The notes under the pieces are model-generated. The model saw only the letters and a program-made list of their open reading frames with translations. It searched no databases and was not told the DNA's origin. Made by a program: the position numbers and the translations under genes. 64,000 nt of DNA from Pavona decussata (taxonomy: Eukaryota): the NCBI GenBank assembly GCA_977016875.1, contig CDRNST010000073.1, positions 248,001 through 312,000 of the forward strand, given 5' to 3'. Below, piece by piece: positions 23,915 to 37,187 of this stretch. Each line of letters opens with the position of its first letter. The stretch's first letter is position 1.

Positions 23915-24830
23915 GGAAACATGCATAACCGTTTACAATAGGCCAGTTCCACCAGAGTTTGACTATTGTGATATTGTACGGGATAATTTGTTGGTGACCT
24001 TGGCTGAAAGACTTTAAAAGTTACAAAACCGGGCTGCTAGAGTTATTACTAGACAGGGGTGTGATTACATCAGATCTGATGACATCCTTTATAATCTGAG
24101 ATAGATAAAACTAAGCTAGACGTTTTAAACACAAAGCGCTCATGATGTACAACATCTAGAATAACAATGCACCTATCTGTCTGTAAAAGCTTTTCAAACC
24201 CGCAGTAAATACAAAATACAGTGGAAGCTCTCCTTGTGACCACTATTGTAAGCGACCAGCTCTAGTTATGATTACCATTGTAAAACCCTGTTTGAATTGT
24301 CATTTGAACCCTGTAATCAAAAGTTCTCGTAAGCGATCGCTCCCATAAGCGGCTGCAACCACTTTTGGAAATTACAAACTGGTCTCTTTCTTTGTTTTTA
24401 AGCTCCCGTAAGCTACTACATTCAGATACGTATTACGGCAACTCAGTATACACTCGTGATCACATTTACAGTGATATAGCACTGCGTAATAATGTTCGAA
24501 TCTAAAATTTAAGATGATTTACGGCTGGATCAAGAGTGTTACCCTGAGACCGAGGTAGAAAGCTTTATACCAAAAGCTCTGGTAAGTGACCAGCTTCTAT
24601 TGTCTCAGCTTTTGGTCGCTTACGAGAATGCAATCAGTCGTAAGCGACCAGCTGAGGTTGTCGCTTACGAGAGCTTCGACTCTTGGAAATAATGACAATA
24701 AATTGCTTGTTTGTAAACTGCTCGGACTGAACACATGAAAAGAGCTTTTGCTTACAACGGCGCTAATTCGAAGCTATGACTGAATGACCTTCCACGTTCT
24801 ATGAAACAGGCGATAAATATGTCGTCGTCG
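23915..24830 (+). mobile_element. L2-clade LINE ORF2 3' remnant, interrupted by a MITE
   Basis: Degenerate PEFDYCDIV...KLQNRAARVIT...KALMMYNI...MKRAFAYNGA...NDLP with stop codons. Confidence 0.75.
24219..24682. mobile_element. Tigger/pogo-like MITE
   Basis: TA|CAGTGGAAGCTCTC...GAGAGCTTCGACT ends; reiterated GTAAGCGACCA motifs. Confidence 0.7.
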
Positions 24831-26227
24831 TCCATCAGACGAGAGCTATCATCTGTTAAGCCCTCGCCATTTTTTACATGTCAGTTCGTAGAATGCCCTC
24901 ATGTGTCACGCCGAAAGCTCAAAACAAGAAAAAAAAGTCTAGCAATATAATCAGACTTTGTGGTTGAATATCTCACACGGCATCCCAACAACCCAGGAGT
25001 AATATACTTAGGTTGATTTAGTGATTTGAAACCTTTAAACTGGGCAATATCGAGTTTTATTGCATGAAAACAAGTTAAAATGCATGATTGTACGTTTTAC
25101 CTCCATTTTAGCATATGACAGCATTGTTTGGGTATTGGGAAGTTTCACGGACTTCCTTCATTCCAAGCGTTCCAAAAGCAAACGTAAAACGCTGTTAATA
25201 AACCGCTCAAAGTTGAAGATGTATTACATTTGACGATGCATGTTTCATTGCTTCTACTTCTTTTTCTATTCTATTAATAAACGGAAAATTATGGAACACA
25301 TTTAAACTGCAGTGATTAGTTTTTGTGAGGCCAAATGTTCCACTGGGAATGAAGGGGATGAGTGTGAGCGAGTGACAATTAAGCAAAACGTTATCCAAGA
25401 AACGCACACTGCAAACATGGTTTCGGCAGATCCTTCAAGCAAAATATTTGTAGTTGCCCAGAATCGTGGCGTGATTAAAAAAACCTTATCCGTCCCTTTC
25501 AGAGCTCAATTTGACACTGGTACCTCTTATTCATTTTTCCTGGAAGATGTACGGCATATTTTGCCAAATTTACTTGTCGCGATAATTTCTTCGAAGTTAA
25601 TAAGTAGTTTTGTTTGTGTTTGTTCGAAACTTTCGTGTGCTCATACTGCCATTAGAATGTGGCCTCACCCACTCAGCCAATGAGTGCCCAGTATTTGTAT
25701 GCTTTGTGTTCAATAAACTCTCGGAAATTACGTAAAGTGGCGTGGTCTTTGAAGCACAGGGAAATTGTGGGGTAAAATAAGAGCTAATTAGTATGCCCCA
25801 TATAGAGCATGCTAATGTATTTGATAATTTTGCTGCAAATACACGCTATTAATTAACTAAAGCAACAGGTAAACTTGCAATAATAACAGCGACCATTTTC
25901 TTCGACGATGTTTCTTTACCTAACTTAAGCTAGAGATTTTAATATTACTAAAATAAGAAACCAATTCCTTAACAATTTTTGGGTATAATTAAAAGAGAGA
26001 TTGCTCTCACCGTGTCGAGTCTTTTTTTTTTTTTTTGAATTCTATCTCCTTCCCTTTGCTCAATTTCGTTCACTGTGGTAGGCTTTTGGAATCGTGTAGT
26101 TTTACTGAATTCATTTTCCAAGTACTCGGATATACTTGTGCACTCAAAGGTAAGTAACGCTGGAGTGACAAGGACGGCCTTAAGTTCCACGAGCTCAGTG
26201 TACTGGCTCGTAGCCGAAGCAAATTAA

Positions 26228-26865
26228 GGTTACTCCATACCTCCAGAGATGTCTTCAGAGGTGTCTTGCGTCTAAGCGATGTAGCGCGTTCCATTTAAAC
26301 TGTAGATACCTAAACCCTTATATCAAATTAAAGCTATAGAGCTGGCTATCAAACTAAACCAAGAATTTTGAAATAAAACGAATTGCCGAATTTTTGGCTC
26401 TGTTTTCTCGCAAATTTGGACAGTAGCTGGTTTAACATATAAACAACAAAAACTTGTCTGCGAATTTTTTCTTTCGGAATACTTTTTCTCCGAGAGCGAT
26501 TTTTGTACGATCACTCCACATTTTTTCCCTCTTATTTCGAAAATGCTCTATAACTTTTCATTGCGATTGAATATGGCAAAACGCAGCCAAGTTTTTTTAG
26601 CGCTTTGGGTCCGGAAACTGAGGAGCAAATTAAATTAGCGAAAAACAAAATTCGCTTTGACTTGTAGCTTTAAAAAGGTGATTCGGAAGCTCACATTTAG
26701 AGGTCGTAAAAAATTCGACAATTCATTTTATTTCAAACTTCTTGGTGTAGTTTGATAGCCAGCTCTATAAGCTTTAGGTTGATATAGGGGTTTAGATATC
26801 TACAGTTTAAACTGGACGCGCTACATCGCTTAAACGCGAGACACTTCTGAAGGTATAGGGTAACC
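26228..26865. mobile_element. TTAA-flanked MITE with about 170-bp TIRs upstream of subunit B
   Basis: TTAA|GGTTAC...GTAACC|TTAA with long imperfect inverted arms. Confidence 0.8.
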
Positions 26866-27447
26866 TTAAATGAACCATCAAACAACAAAGAATTAACAAA
26901 GCTCTAATGAAAGAATGGCATTGCCATTCATAAAACTCTACCAACATTGCGGCAGCGCCTAAAACAAATTAAAAACGTGATTCCGAAGTGTGAATGACAC
27001 AATAAAAATATGCTCATAAATAGAAGCTGCATGAAATATGGAGTCTTCGTGGATGTGACCATGTTCTAAGACGGTTCATTAGTCGCATGTTTCTTATGGG
27101 ATATAATATCACTCACATTAGATAGAAAGCCACTCGGGCGCTTCTATCTATGCTCGGGCACTTTATCCCATGCAACACTCGCGCTCATTGTCTTGACTGA
27201 CCCTTCTTAGCAGTCATTAAGAAGCGCAATAGTTTTGTAGGATGCCTCAAGGGACAAAAATACCTATAGAATAACAGAATTTGATTCTTTTGTCTGTAGA
27301 GTATCTGCAAATTAAAAGCCTAATCACAATAGCCGGTTTCAAAGGACCCGTCACTTTTGTCATGTTTAACATTGCGTTGTTATTCGCTGCAAAGAGTGAC
27401 TGAAGAAGCAAAACGCAAACGTATTTGTTTCAGCAAAGTCACTCAAT

Positions 27448-30400
27448 ATGATACGCTTCATTTTGAAGATGGCTGTTCTACTATTCTTGTTGCATAACAC
27501 AGGTGAGTGACAGCTGTCTGTTTTATTAGAGAAGTAAATTTATATTATCACATGTCACTTTGATGCTTTGTTTTTGTTTTTGCTGACTTAAACTCGAGTG
27601 CATAGAGTTGTGTCTACAAACTAAGGTAATTTTAAACAGTCGGTCTCAAATGTTAGCTTCTGGGAGCGCTTCAAACGTAAGAGTGACCACAACCTATGAG
27701 TTCCCTCCTAGTGTAAATTAAACACAAACGAGAATTTCGAATGTGGGGCGCTTGCACAATAGAACACTGAAAAAATACCATCCAAATGTCTTAAACCGAG
27801 TACCGCGAGTACAGCGACTGAATGATAATTCAAAAGGAAAATACAAGGATCAGTGTGAAGTACATGAGAGTTGCTCGGCATATCAATCGGAGTCCATCAT
27901 TGTCGACAGGTTACTGAGTGTCTCAAGTTTGGCGGTTTCTGTTTCAGTCGATTTTGCACCACCAACCGCCATAAATTAGATATGGCGCGTAAAAGGGCAC
28001 GGCGTCTGAAAAATTCCTTAATGGTTGGCTTCTAATCAGCTCACGGTGACAAACCACTCTTCCGGTTTGCGTCTTAATGATTCTTTTGCAAGTACCAAGC
28101 CCAGACTTCTAGTTAATACTGAATATTTCGAATGTTTCAGGCGATTCGATTCTTTGTTAAGCTTGTTTACATGCGCCGAGCGTTTGTTCGTTGGTGCCAA
28201 TCGGCAAAATCAAACACACATAATGTCTTTGTTTTAAAATCTGAATTGACACCTAACCTAATCTCTTGAAACCTTAAATGTTCCTGAAAACGTATATCAT
28301 TTTCGAAGAGTTTGTCAGTTTCCCACATGATGAGGCTTGGAAAGCTCGTGAACCCAAATGAAGATTAAAACTTCTGTACTTTTAAACTTTAAAAAGTTTA
28401 AAAATTCAATATAGGCAATATCGCTTGGTCACTTGTTCCATAAAGGTAGAGTTTATGATTGAGGAAGAAGTCGTTGGGAGCGTATGATTAGGGCAAGCCT
28501 GCAGGGCAAAAAGTTCATCTCCGAGTTTCAACAATGCAACTTACTTGGTAGGGCAATATTGACCCAGTGTGGCAAAAAGAATAAACAAATTAAATTACGA
28601 TAAATTTATGAATGAGAGAAAAGCAGAAAACTAAAATGAAATATTAAAAGGTAAAAAATATGCTGAAATCCTTATGGTAGTTCAAGACCACAATAGTCAA
28701 TGGCATGCTTTGGTAAGGTCGCTAAACGCGCCGTGACGGTGTCTTACATGTACATCATTCAGGCTAAAGCTAACTTATTCAGATTTAATAGGTAACTCGA
28801 CAATGTGCTCACACGTATTTTGTTAATAACTATTTTCCTACAGAGTGTACAGGGACTAACCCGGCGATGCCTAACCCGATGCCTAGAATAAGCCTTTCAG
28901 ATGAGCACCGACTTCGGCAAGAGCTGTTCAGTCAGACAAACAAAGATCGCATGGTTCGGCCCGTGCTGAATTCGTCAGAAGCAGTCAAAGTCAAGTTCGT
29001 GGTTCAGTTGAATTCCGTCGTGGATGTGGTGAGTTCTGTTCTATCCGGTAACAGAAGCTACATGTATATTATAACCCATAGCATGAAAGTATTTCGGAGG
29101 ATTTATCTCTACGACTGACAACTATTTCGGCCTCCATTGTATGCGATTTTAGCGCTAACCTTACTAGTTTTGAAATTCCTGACCTGAGTATTAGTTTTTG
29201 TTAAAGCGACGTATGAAATTCGAGTTATACCAGAAAAGCAGAGCAGTGTAACATTATTACTCCAAATTAAAATCTCGTCGCTTTAATAGAATCTACCAAA
29301 GTAAGCTACATGCATAAAGGGGGGGGGGGGGAGAGAACTCTCTCCGAAGCAGAATGTCTTCAAAGTGCAATGCCAAAAAATATGTTTGGAATGAACCAGT
29401 ATGTTTTCAGCCAGAACACTCTTTTATATGGTTTTTACTCTTTTGCCCACAAATTGAACCAAAATGAATTTGCTTTACATAATCTTATCTTCTCTTCTCT
29501 TTTATTTTATTTTATTTTTGCGTATTGTAAATGAATTGCCTATGAGATCTGTTTGAAGGAAAAATAATAAAACAAGAACGCAAGAAAGACAAACAAGCAA
29601 GGAAAAAACACACATTAGTCAAAACCTACTAAAATTTCATTCTTTACAGTACCACGCGAGTTGCCTAGTTGTTTTGACAACAAGAAGGTCAAAACCGAAT
29701 TCAGCATGGACCAAATGAAACTGTATGCTGTAAACTAAAGTGTATTTCATACGGAAAAAACCGAATCGCTGGTTGTGCAATACATGTACATGGTGTATGG
29801 TAGCATTCGATCTTCTTAAAAGTTTCTCTAAATAGACGAAGGTCAGACCAGCCTCGCGTAAGAGAAAACCCTACCGCACACCGAAGAAACCAATTTGAGG
29901 GTTACGGTACGGAAAACCGAACCACGTCCAAGATAATCCGATCCGTATACGGGACATTAGCCAAGTAGCTCGCTCTGCCATGCAATTTGAGTAGCACGCT
30001 ATGTGTAAGCTGGCAAAGCCGAAAGCTGGCAAGAGTCGCCGCAACGGTTTTAAAGTTGAGAACGAGAAACGAAATGAACAGAACCTTTTTCACTGTTACA
30101 ATAACTTTAGAGCTAGACAAGGGAAAAGACCTCCGTTCAATGGAACAGTTTTCGCAATGGAGTAGCATTGTCACCTTTTGTAAGAGAAGTAAACGTGTTC
30201 AACTTATTAGAAACAATGTTATAAAATTCTGGTGTTTGAAACGCATGCAGCAGTACATGTATACACCTAAGATACGTGTATCTGGAAGTAAAAGTGGCGA
30301 TAAATTACCGGGCCTGGGAAATCAGTAGTTTCGTGATGTTGTCGATGTATGATTTGAGGTGGACCGGAAAATGTTGGATAAACCTTGTGTCAAGGCGATT

Positions 30401-30859
30401 ACCCAGAATAACTAGTTGTCAAAAGAGAATTTCTCGCCCTTTATCCTTCAGCAAGAATTTTTTGGTAGTAGTATTGGGAGAAATAAAAAATTAAGGATCC
30501 TTCTTCTTGCTGTCTTCTATTTCTCTTCGCCAACAAATCTCGTGTGACGAACTATACGTGCATCATTTATATTGTTAGTAGCGTATTTTAATACTCTACT
30601 AACAACAAAACTAGTTATTGCACGATTAGTTCTTTGATAACACGCACATGCAAATGTTCGCTGATTGTATAATTATATCTAAGTAATAAATGCTTTTAGT
30701 TGTCAGGTTTCCTGTGGACCATGACCCGTAACTGTTTGCAGTTACATGTTTTTCGTTATGATTTTACTGACCGAACTAACAGACTAACACTAGTACTTGC
30801 TCGCAAGTTTATTTTACCGAGTTTCAGCTCCACACCTGACCGAAATATAGCCATACTTT

Positions 30860-30894
<35 letters not shown>

Positions 30895-33800
30895 TTTTTT
30901 ACACAGGATAAAAAAGGTCAGGTAGTCTCTACAGACACATTTATCAAACAGGTGGGTGTTTTGGATAAAGGGAGGGGCAAGTTCAAGTATTTTCTTGATG
31001 TTAAGGTCTCAAATGACAACGTCACACTTCTGCAGTCCCATCGGGAGATGTGCGTTCACTACTCTTGTAACGTTACTGACTAGGGACACCACGGGATTCT
31101 TGGTCCCTGACCTTTTTTTCGGGTCACCCCGCAGAATGTTGTAGCTGCCATGTTTGAGTCGAATTAGAGAACACGTGTTCGACAGTTGTTACTTCGATTC
31201 GAAAGCAAAATTAACGTTTAAGTTTAGAATAGTGTTAAAGGTGGGTTTACAACAACTACGAAATTATTTTCTCCATTTCATTTTGCTAGTTGGCCTTTAG
31301 AATAATTTCTGCAAAGAGCGCACATCTAAAAATAAACCATTTATAATCCGGGCTGAAAAAAAAAAAACGTCCAATTTGTAAGTGTCTACGATATAGATCT
31401 GTGAAGGTAGATCCTTTTGAAACGATACTCAGTCATCCGATTTGAAACTCGCTCAGAAACGAAAGAATTATCTCTCAGCCGCACATTTCAGGCGACGTCC
31501 AACTAAAACGGCCTACGCTGTGTACTTTTAATAAGCGAAGACGTTTAATTGCGCAAAAAAATGAAATGAGAAAGTCCAGGTGATCAGGTACCCACCTAGG
31601 CAATAAAAGGTCATATAGTATTGCCTTATTGGCCACTGATATCACCATTGTATGGCATGAAATTTTCGTGTATTTAGTGTATCAAGTGTGAATTAGCCAA
31701 TATTTTGTGTTTTTCAGAAACTAATTTTTCCGTTTCTTAATACTGATGTTTGGGTACGTAACCAATTTTTGCGATTTCTCGACAAAACGAGTATGAACTA
31801 TTTTGAAAAATTTTCGAGAGATCCAAGGGTAACATGTAAACCACATATCGAAACCGAACTAGCTCACTTCGATAATTCGAACAGTTTAGATGGGAACAGA
31901 CGCACAGTAACTGTTTTATGGAATTATATTTTAGCTTAAAAAATCAAACTAAAAATTTTAAGTTCAAAACTAGTGATCCCTTTGAAAGGTTATTTTTACA
32001 CCAGGCGTCTCTTTGTTGGAGTAAATGCGGAATTTTGTTAAATCATAATAAAGTTACTCCAACATACATGTAAGCAGTGAACTAAAATTCATTTCAAGTC
32101 GATCAGGACCAAACTGTGTTGTCACTTGAAACTTACTTTGAAGTGTAACGAAATATACACAAACGTGGAGTAAACTTTTGAGGATTTCGAAAAACTATGT
32201 TTACAATTCGTGAAAATAACCACAAAACGGTCAAAACTACAGGCAAACAAAATGTCATGCTAAGGTGGTTGGTTAATCGTACAAGGTCATTATCTCATTT
32301 CTTCTCCATGTTTCAGCGCTGGAATAACACTTTTCTCATGTGGAAACCAAGTAATTTTGGTGGTCTGAAGAAGATTCTTGTGAGTCCAGAGGAGATATGG
32401 GCTCCTGATATTGTGCTGTTCAACAAGTGAGTGAATGGAAGTATTTTCACCTAATCAGAAGTATTTTACATTATGCAAATTAAATTAACGCCCCTCTCTG
32501 TTAAACGCCCTCTTTCAATTCATAGCCTTATAAGGCGTTACCTAAACTCCGGTTGAAATAGATTCCTGAGGCACTAGTTTTAAGGACATTGTAAAATCTG
32601 TCCTTCTAACTTGCTCGTTAGTTAGTAATTCTGGATTTAACCCATCCTCAAAACAGCTTAGAGAATGAGCTTATAGTAAACACTCCAGGAGTTCATTCGA
32701 GTGAATTCGGTAGAGCCATTTTTTTTCTTGTTATTGTCATTTTTTTTATTCCAGCATATAACTAATGCATCTGAAACCAGAATGAGGGTGTAACTGTGAA
32801 ATTAGGAACCTTTTAAGGTCATGCACTAGGATCTTGGCTACCAAGCAAGAGACAGCCTCATCTGAGACTTCTTTGAATCGTCAAACAGCTGTACTTCAAA
32901 GGTCTACAAACACCGTGTTACATGGGGTGCTTACCATTTACACAAACTACCCGGAGGGAAATTTTCGGCATAAATAAGAAATGATTTAGCTTGTCTTAAC
33001 AGAAGATGGATAACATGCAAAATGTATGAACATCAGCTGTCAATCCCAAAAGGAGTAATAAAAATGCATCACTTTGACCAGAAGCCCATAATTTCAGAAG
33101 TACTCCAAACGGAATGATGCGTACCATTTGATTTTCCAACTGGAATTTCCTGGTTTTCCATGTAAACGGTAAGCACCTCAATTTCACCCACGCTTCCACT
33201 CAAAGAATCGGTCACTAAGTGTAAAATCGACTATTATTATTACACCTAATGGTACCTTTTTGATACGCTTCGGCGGTATATCAGGCGAGTTTGGTTGAGC
33301 CATGGTTCGTATTTTGGCGAGACCAAACGAGCCTGATATATGCCGCCGATTTAAGCTTACCAATAAGGTACGATTAGGTATTTACCGTACCCAAATTCAG
33401 TCCAAAATCCGGCGATATTTTTAGTAGTTACGGTAATAAAATCTGTCCAGTTTAGTTTTAGCGGGAAATTGATTTTACTCTTTTTACGACCGGAAAACAC
33501 CAACTAAATCTTACACTGTAAAGTACGAAGTTTTTTTTTATTAGAACAATTTAATTTCAGCTTATCGTACGGTAACATTACTTTACTTAAGAGTGACCAT
33601 GATATCCTGCAATATCAGATCAGTGACTTGATATCGTATGATGTTAGGAAAGTCAGACTAGGCTTCTGATTGGCTAATTGGGAATTTACATACGGTTATA
33701 AAAAATACTTAAGTCTAGCTTTCAGTAATCCAATAAAACACCATGAGTCCCGCCAAACATCTTGAGGATGCGGAAATTATCTGAGGTAACGGGTCTTCAA

Positions 33801-36102
33801 TGCAAGGTTCTAAATATTTAAATGATAACGAAATATTGATTCCATCACTCGGTTTCTATTTTTCTTCTACTGCCTTGGAAAAGTGGCCACGGGCTTGATA
33901 GGGCAAGTGTTGAGAATATACTCTCTAGTTTTCGCATCACTTGGGTTTGTTTATTTTTTCTATAGTGCAGATGATAATGTTGCTCAGGCAGGCTACACAG
34001 AGAAGTTCAAGACATGGATCGTTATCTACCACAATGGGATGAGCGACTGGAATTCCCCTGTGTCCTTTAAAAGCACGTGTAACTTTGACGTCACGTATTT
34101 TCCGTACGACGAACACCGTTGTGAAATGATTTTTGGTTCATTAACGGCAGACAAGACGCTGATTGATATTAGGACCGAAGAAAAGCGACTAGAAAACCAT
34201 AAAAGTGACAGAGATGCAAAAGGCACGGAGGAACACGACGACGACGACGACGACGAAGAATTTGGTACGCCGTACATGTACCGAATAATGCAGTTTTTAG
34301 ATGACAGTCGTGAGCCAAAATTAGCCAATCACAATGACCTTAAAGGGGAAGTATCACGCAAATTTGATGTCATTTGAAAACCCCAAAAAGTTTGTCTGAC
34401 AACAGGAACAAATAAATAATTGTCTAGTTTTGTTATCAATTATCACCCAAATGCAATAAAACTGTCGATTAGTTCCTCTGGCCAGAGACAGAGTAGGCCG
34501 GTATGGATTGAAACTTGAACAATGTTAAGCTAATGTTTTTCAAGTTCTCGCATTTTTGTTTCCAAAATGCGCTCGAACAGATCACGAGTTGTTCCTTTCA
34601 AGAATCAAGTTGCATTCTTTCCTCTCGTCATTCTAGAATTATTTGGCAGCTGATTGAAGGTCTTATTTCATCATTTTTAACAAAAGATATCAAAAACCCA
34701 TGAAACTTCCCTTTTAAGCGGTATTATTTAGTAGGCCTACACCTGGCCTAAGGCTCTACTTTCCCTCGACCCTGATGACCTGAAGCACCATTGCGTTTAT
34801 GAATTAGAGTATTCCTCTGTTGTTCGTTCTTTTTTTTTCTCTCGACTAATACTGGGAGACGTCGCAAATGTTGCAGATTGCCCACATAACGAGCCAATCA
34901 GAACTCAAAGAAAAACAAGTAATAAGTCAATCGTAGGAAAACGAACAAGGTAGACAATTGTCTCACTTGCTGGGAAAACGCCAAACTTGACTTCATAATC
35001 AAAACTAAAGACTATTAAGGCTATTGACCTAAAATCAATCGAATTGAGGGTTTAAATTACATTAAGTTTTCGCATTGAAAATCACGTCAAAAAGTGAAGA
35101 ATAAAAAGTTGTCAACAGGCTACCGCAAATTCTTAACCAAATTTATGTCATAGGCCTTCTTACGTAGGCATTCATCTTCTCCCAAATGAAGTAAATATTT
35201 AACATTTACAGCATTTCAAATTAACACTTCTGGCTTTAATTTCAGAACAAATAAGCAACAATGGTGGTTGGTCAGTTCAAATGGTTGAGGCACGTAGGAA
35301 AGAGAGGATTCCCAGGGAACACCCCTATCCATTCACAGAGATCCACTTGACCTTCGTAATCCGCCGCAAGCCACTTCACTTTGTCGTCTTCTCAATGATG
35401 CCCTGTATGTTAATCGGAGCCCTTATTCTTGTTAGCTTCTTCATCCCTGCCGAGAGCGGAGAACGAATCGGTTTCAGCTGCACGGTCCTTCTCTCCGTTA
35501 GTGTATATTTGATCATTGTGACGGAAGCTCTGCCAGAGCAGTCGGACACGCTGCCATTGATCGGTGTATACTACATAATAATCATGATGGAAATAGGATT
35601 GGCGTTGACCGCCACCATTGTTGTACTCAAAGCACATCACTGTACCTCCGAGCCACCTGCATACCTCAAATGGTGCTTGTTCATCAACAAGTTTTATCGG
35701 TGTTGCCGAAAGGCCGCTAAGCGGAAACGCTCGACCAAAATCGAATCCCCGGTGCAAGTAATGGTGGTAGATTGCGAAAGTGGTAAATCAGATGATTGCA
35801 AGATGGAAGATGGTCAGCTGCAGGTAACGGAGGATAGGTACAGGAAAAAAAGCTTTTTTGACATGAGAAGTCTCTCAGGAAGCTCCTCAAGCCAGCTGTT
35901 CACTAACAGTGTCATGAACGTGCAAGAAGAGGAAGAAGACTGGATCGAGACTTGGCGTCAAATTGGCAAGGCCTTGGATAGAATTTTCTTCTGGACTTTC
36001 GTCGTTTCTTTCTTCGTTTCGACTATTGTTGTGTTCACCTACGGTCCTTCCTTGGCCAAGCCTCTGAATGCAGAAATGGACAAGCTATATGATGTAAAAT
36101 GA
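27448..36102 (+). CDS. nAChR-like Cys-loop ligand-gated cation channel subunit B (non-alpha, 516 aa, 6 coding exons)
   Basis: Exons 27448-27502, 28844-29028, 30907-30951, 32317-32426, 33966-34264, 35246-36102; all GT-AG and in frame (1551 nt). Signal peptide MIRFILKMAVLLFLLHNT, EHRL..ELF, MVRPV, IWAPDIVLFN, Cys-loop CNFDVTYFPYDEHRC, four TM helices with GER-M2. Confidence 0.93.
32924..33179. mobile_element. Small MITE in intron 4 of subunit B
   Basis: TIRs GGTGCTTACCATTTACA / TGTAAACGGTAAGCACC. Confidence 0.7.
33240..33385. repeat. Imperfect palindrome (hairpin core of a non-autonomous element)
   Basis: ggcggtatatcaggcgagtttggt...accaaacgagcctgatatatgccgcc with matching outer arms. Confidence 0.65.
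34344..34713. mobile_element. Kolobok-type MITE
   Basis: TTAA|AGGGGAAGTATCA...TGAAACTTCCCTT|TTAA. Confidence 0.8.
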
Positions 36103-37187
36103 TCTTTCGCCTTTTTCACACCACATATCAATTATCCATACTGGCTTCTCAGAACTATACTTTTTATCAAAGTACTCACACGGATAAATGCGCTTTTGCA
36201 TTTGGAAACGGGTGTGATTTGAGTTTGGCTACGCTTGCTAGAATTTCGAAATGAAACGAGCCATTGTTAGAGGTTCTTGTCTCAAAAATCGCTAGTTATT
36301 AAAGACAAGAAAATGAGTACTGATGACATACTTATGAATCATAAGTATGCATTTTCAAGGGTAAAAACGTAGTAAAGGGATACATTTTTTTTTAAAAATG
36401 TGTTTACGAGAAAAGAATGATGTTTTATAGTCTACAAGAAACGGATGAACGAACATCGTTTCTTTCGGAACATGGCGGTCTGTAGGATATTTTTATTTCA
36501 GTCGCCCTTAGATTTTACTCTCTATTAAATAGTTATAATTAACAGGTTTCATTCTTCCCCTTGTTACCCCTCTATCAATCATCTTTCTTCACTAATATTT
36601 ATTGATTAGTATACTTTATTTATTTATTTATTTATTTATTTCTTCCGTTACCTAATGAGTTACATTGTATTCATTCATAAGCATTAAAAGTGTCATGATT
36701 TTACAAAGACTAATGTACAAAAAGACAACTACGAAGTTTTCACAATGTGGAAGTTAAAGGGTTATTCAGGTTGAAACTTTTCACCCTCCTGAGCATTAAA
36801 TCAAACGTTTTAAAAGTCTTTTTTGTAATTTTTCAAATAACGTTAAATTATAGGGGCTTGACGTTTTGGTCAGTCAAAATCGTAATTTTGGAATTTCTTT
36901 GGGGTTAAAATTTTGCACACAACCTTTGGAATACTGAACATTTCCAGAGAATATTCATACCCACTTAGTAAATGGTAATTGGATTTTTGAGTTATCAAAA
37001 CGTCAAAAGGGGTGAGGGCAGAGAAAATATTCCTTTAATTAAAAATAAAGAAGGCCTAGGGGATTTTGTTTTTAAGCTCTAGGATCCTGCACCTTTTTGA
37101 AAGCGTTCAGATCCACGCTTGACACGTCCATGTTAATCAAAAGTAGAGCAGGGTAAACAATCACCCTATATGTCTTGCAAAACTTAA

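Noticed and set aside
25150-26200. Possible Crypton/tyrosine-recombinase relic (RFQKPTTVNEIEQ...)
   Set aside because: Too decayed to support; no catalytic motif is readable.
9876-36102. Assigning CHRNA gene symbols
   Set aside because: No vicinal cysteines, so not alpha subunits by definition, and orthology to vertebrate subunits cannot be established from sequence alone.
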